Source of the DNA: Chiloscyllium plagiosum
Lineage: Eukaryota
NCBI RefSeq assembly: GCF_004010195.1
Contig: NC_057757.1
Coordinates: forward strand, 5,566,806-5,630,805
Length of the DNA: 64,000 bases
Direction of reading: 5' to 3'
Shown: in pieces, positions 62,731 through 64,000 of the stretch
Numbering within the stretch: position 1 is the first letter of the stretch
Layout: the number at the start of each line of letters is the position of its first letter
The notes under the pieces: generated by a model
Told to the model about the DNA's origin: nothing
The model's input: only the letters and a program-made list of their open reading frames with translations
Database searches by the model: none
Made by a program: the position numbers and the translations under genes

Positions 62731-62806
62731 GACCTCTGTTGATAACCCACTCCAGGCCAATGCTTATTCTCTTGTCCTGCTGCCATCGCCCTCGTGTGTT
62801 ACTTAC

Positions 62807-62913
62807 CTTCGAGGCGATTGTGTAAGGCGGAGTGATTTCCATGTTCATTTCCTGGAACAGCTCCCGGCACTGCATCGAGATGAAATCACCAGCCAGGGGA
62901 GACTTGACAATGC
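62807..62913 (-). CDS. ACTL6B: ACTL6B (BAF53b) exon: (G)[35 protein letters not shown]
   Basis: Minus-strand AG/GTAAGT boundaries, 107 bp, ACTL6/Arp4 family match; FISMQ is the B-type state. Confidence 0.92.
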
Positions 62914-63621
62914 CTGGAGGAAACAAAGACGTGAGACCTCATCGGGAGCTGGGGTGGCTAACACTGACTTCAGGGAGTCTGGACTGAGAGGTGGCAAAGA
63001 GGCCAAACTACCAGCCTGGGTTCCCAATGCCGTTCAGGGAGCCCAGCAGAATGAAGTCAATTTACCAAGTGATGGCAGCCACAATTCCCACAATCCCCCT
63101 GTGTTCCCAGAATCCACCATTCTTGTTCCCCTAGGATTCGCTGCACGAGTTCCTCTTCAGGTCATCCTGTGAGCTGGGTAATGTGAAGGTACTGTAAAGA
63201 AGTGTACACCTTACTGTCACTGCTGTAAGAAATGGATGGACGTTGGTCAGCTTTTCGGTCAACTTTATGATGCGCTCATCTGACCCCAGTGGCAGGAGTG
63301 TGACCAGTTCTGGTCGCCACATTTTTCAAAAGTTGTGAAGACTTTGGAGAAGGTGAAAGGGAGACTGATGAGACTAGTACCAAAGAGGGGAGGGAATCGA
63401 GTTATGTGGAGGTACGGGTCGTTCTGCTATAAAGCACGTTTTGTGAACGCAGACTCAGTGTAACGCGACTGACGAATCGGGGACACTGCAAACTTGTAAA
63501 GTGTGTGTTGGCTGTAACGCAATTTCATCACCAAAACTTTAAGTGCTGTTTCTAAAGTGTGATCTTTCAATAGCTCAGGGTTGCACGAGAACACAGCCTT
63601 TGTGTTACAGAAGAGTTAGCG

Positions 63622-63880
63622 TCCCTACAGCGTGGAAACAGGCCAACCAGTCCACACCGACCCTCCAAAGAGTAACCCACCCTGATCCATTTCCCTCTGA
63701 CTAACGCACCTAACACAATGGGCAATTTAGCACGGCCAATCCACCCTAACCTGCACACGTTTAGGCTGTGGGAGGAAGCCCATAGGGAGAATGTGCAAAC
63801 TCCACACAGACAGTCGCCCGAGGCTGGAATCGAACCCGGGTCCCTGGCGCTGTGGGGCAGCAGTGCTAACCACTGAGCCT
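63622..63880 (-). mobile_element. HE1 V-SINE
   Basis: Reverse SINE tail, V-domain and tRNA-like head. Confidence 0.85.
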
Positions 63881-64000
63881 GTACTGGGGAAGCTGGGCCT
63901 GTCGAAACAACCACACCGTTTCACGGATCGGAGAACCTTCCGGCACTGGAGGAGGTGGTTAGGCCCACTGTGCAAGAGCAGCTCACTCTCCTGACCTCCC

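Noticed and set aside
63414..63622. Possible second Tigger-like MITE (similar partial end at ~23108)
   Set aside because: TIRs too degenerate and the right TA flank is disrupted by a SINE; cannot be supported by eye.

Overview
Eukaryotic genomic DNA from a cartilaginous fish: HE1-type V-SINEs, HER1/CR1 LINE pieces, Deu-domain SINEs and Penelope remnants typical of sharks (bamboo/epaulette-shark-like, inferred). It is mostly intron, densely filled with transposon fragments and minisatellites. Three intron-containing genes are partly present, each on a different contig separated by 500-N placeholder gaps (17757-18256, 36257-36756). (1) Five consecutive + strand exons of a vigilin/HDLBP-family gene (1652-14717); the C-terminal half is missing. 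(2) A PLSCR3-like phospholipid scramblase (+; exons 21079-21091, 21596-21900, 36023-36184) whose central exons I cannot find; an ~8.8 kb near-perfect G-rich 22-bp array lies in that interval. (3) Six consecutive - strand exons of ACTL6B/BAF53b (62913-40613); the last exons are missing. Most notable: a vigilin beside ACTL6B and PLSCR3 (possibly a whole-genome-duplication paralogue lost in mammals), fold-back Penelope insertions with target duplications and minimal hammerhead ribozymes, a Tx1-like LINE inserted with a TSD into the TATA region of an LTR, and repeated expansion of one 51-bp SINE segment. I see no evidence of a wholly new multi-gene system. Family assignments come from recalled sequences, not from database searches.
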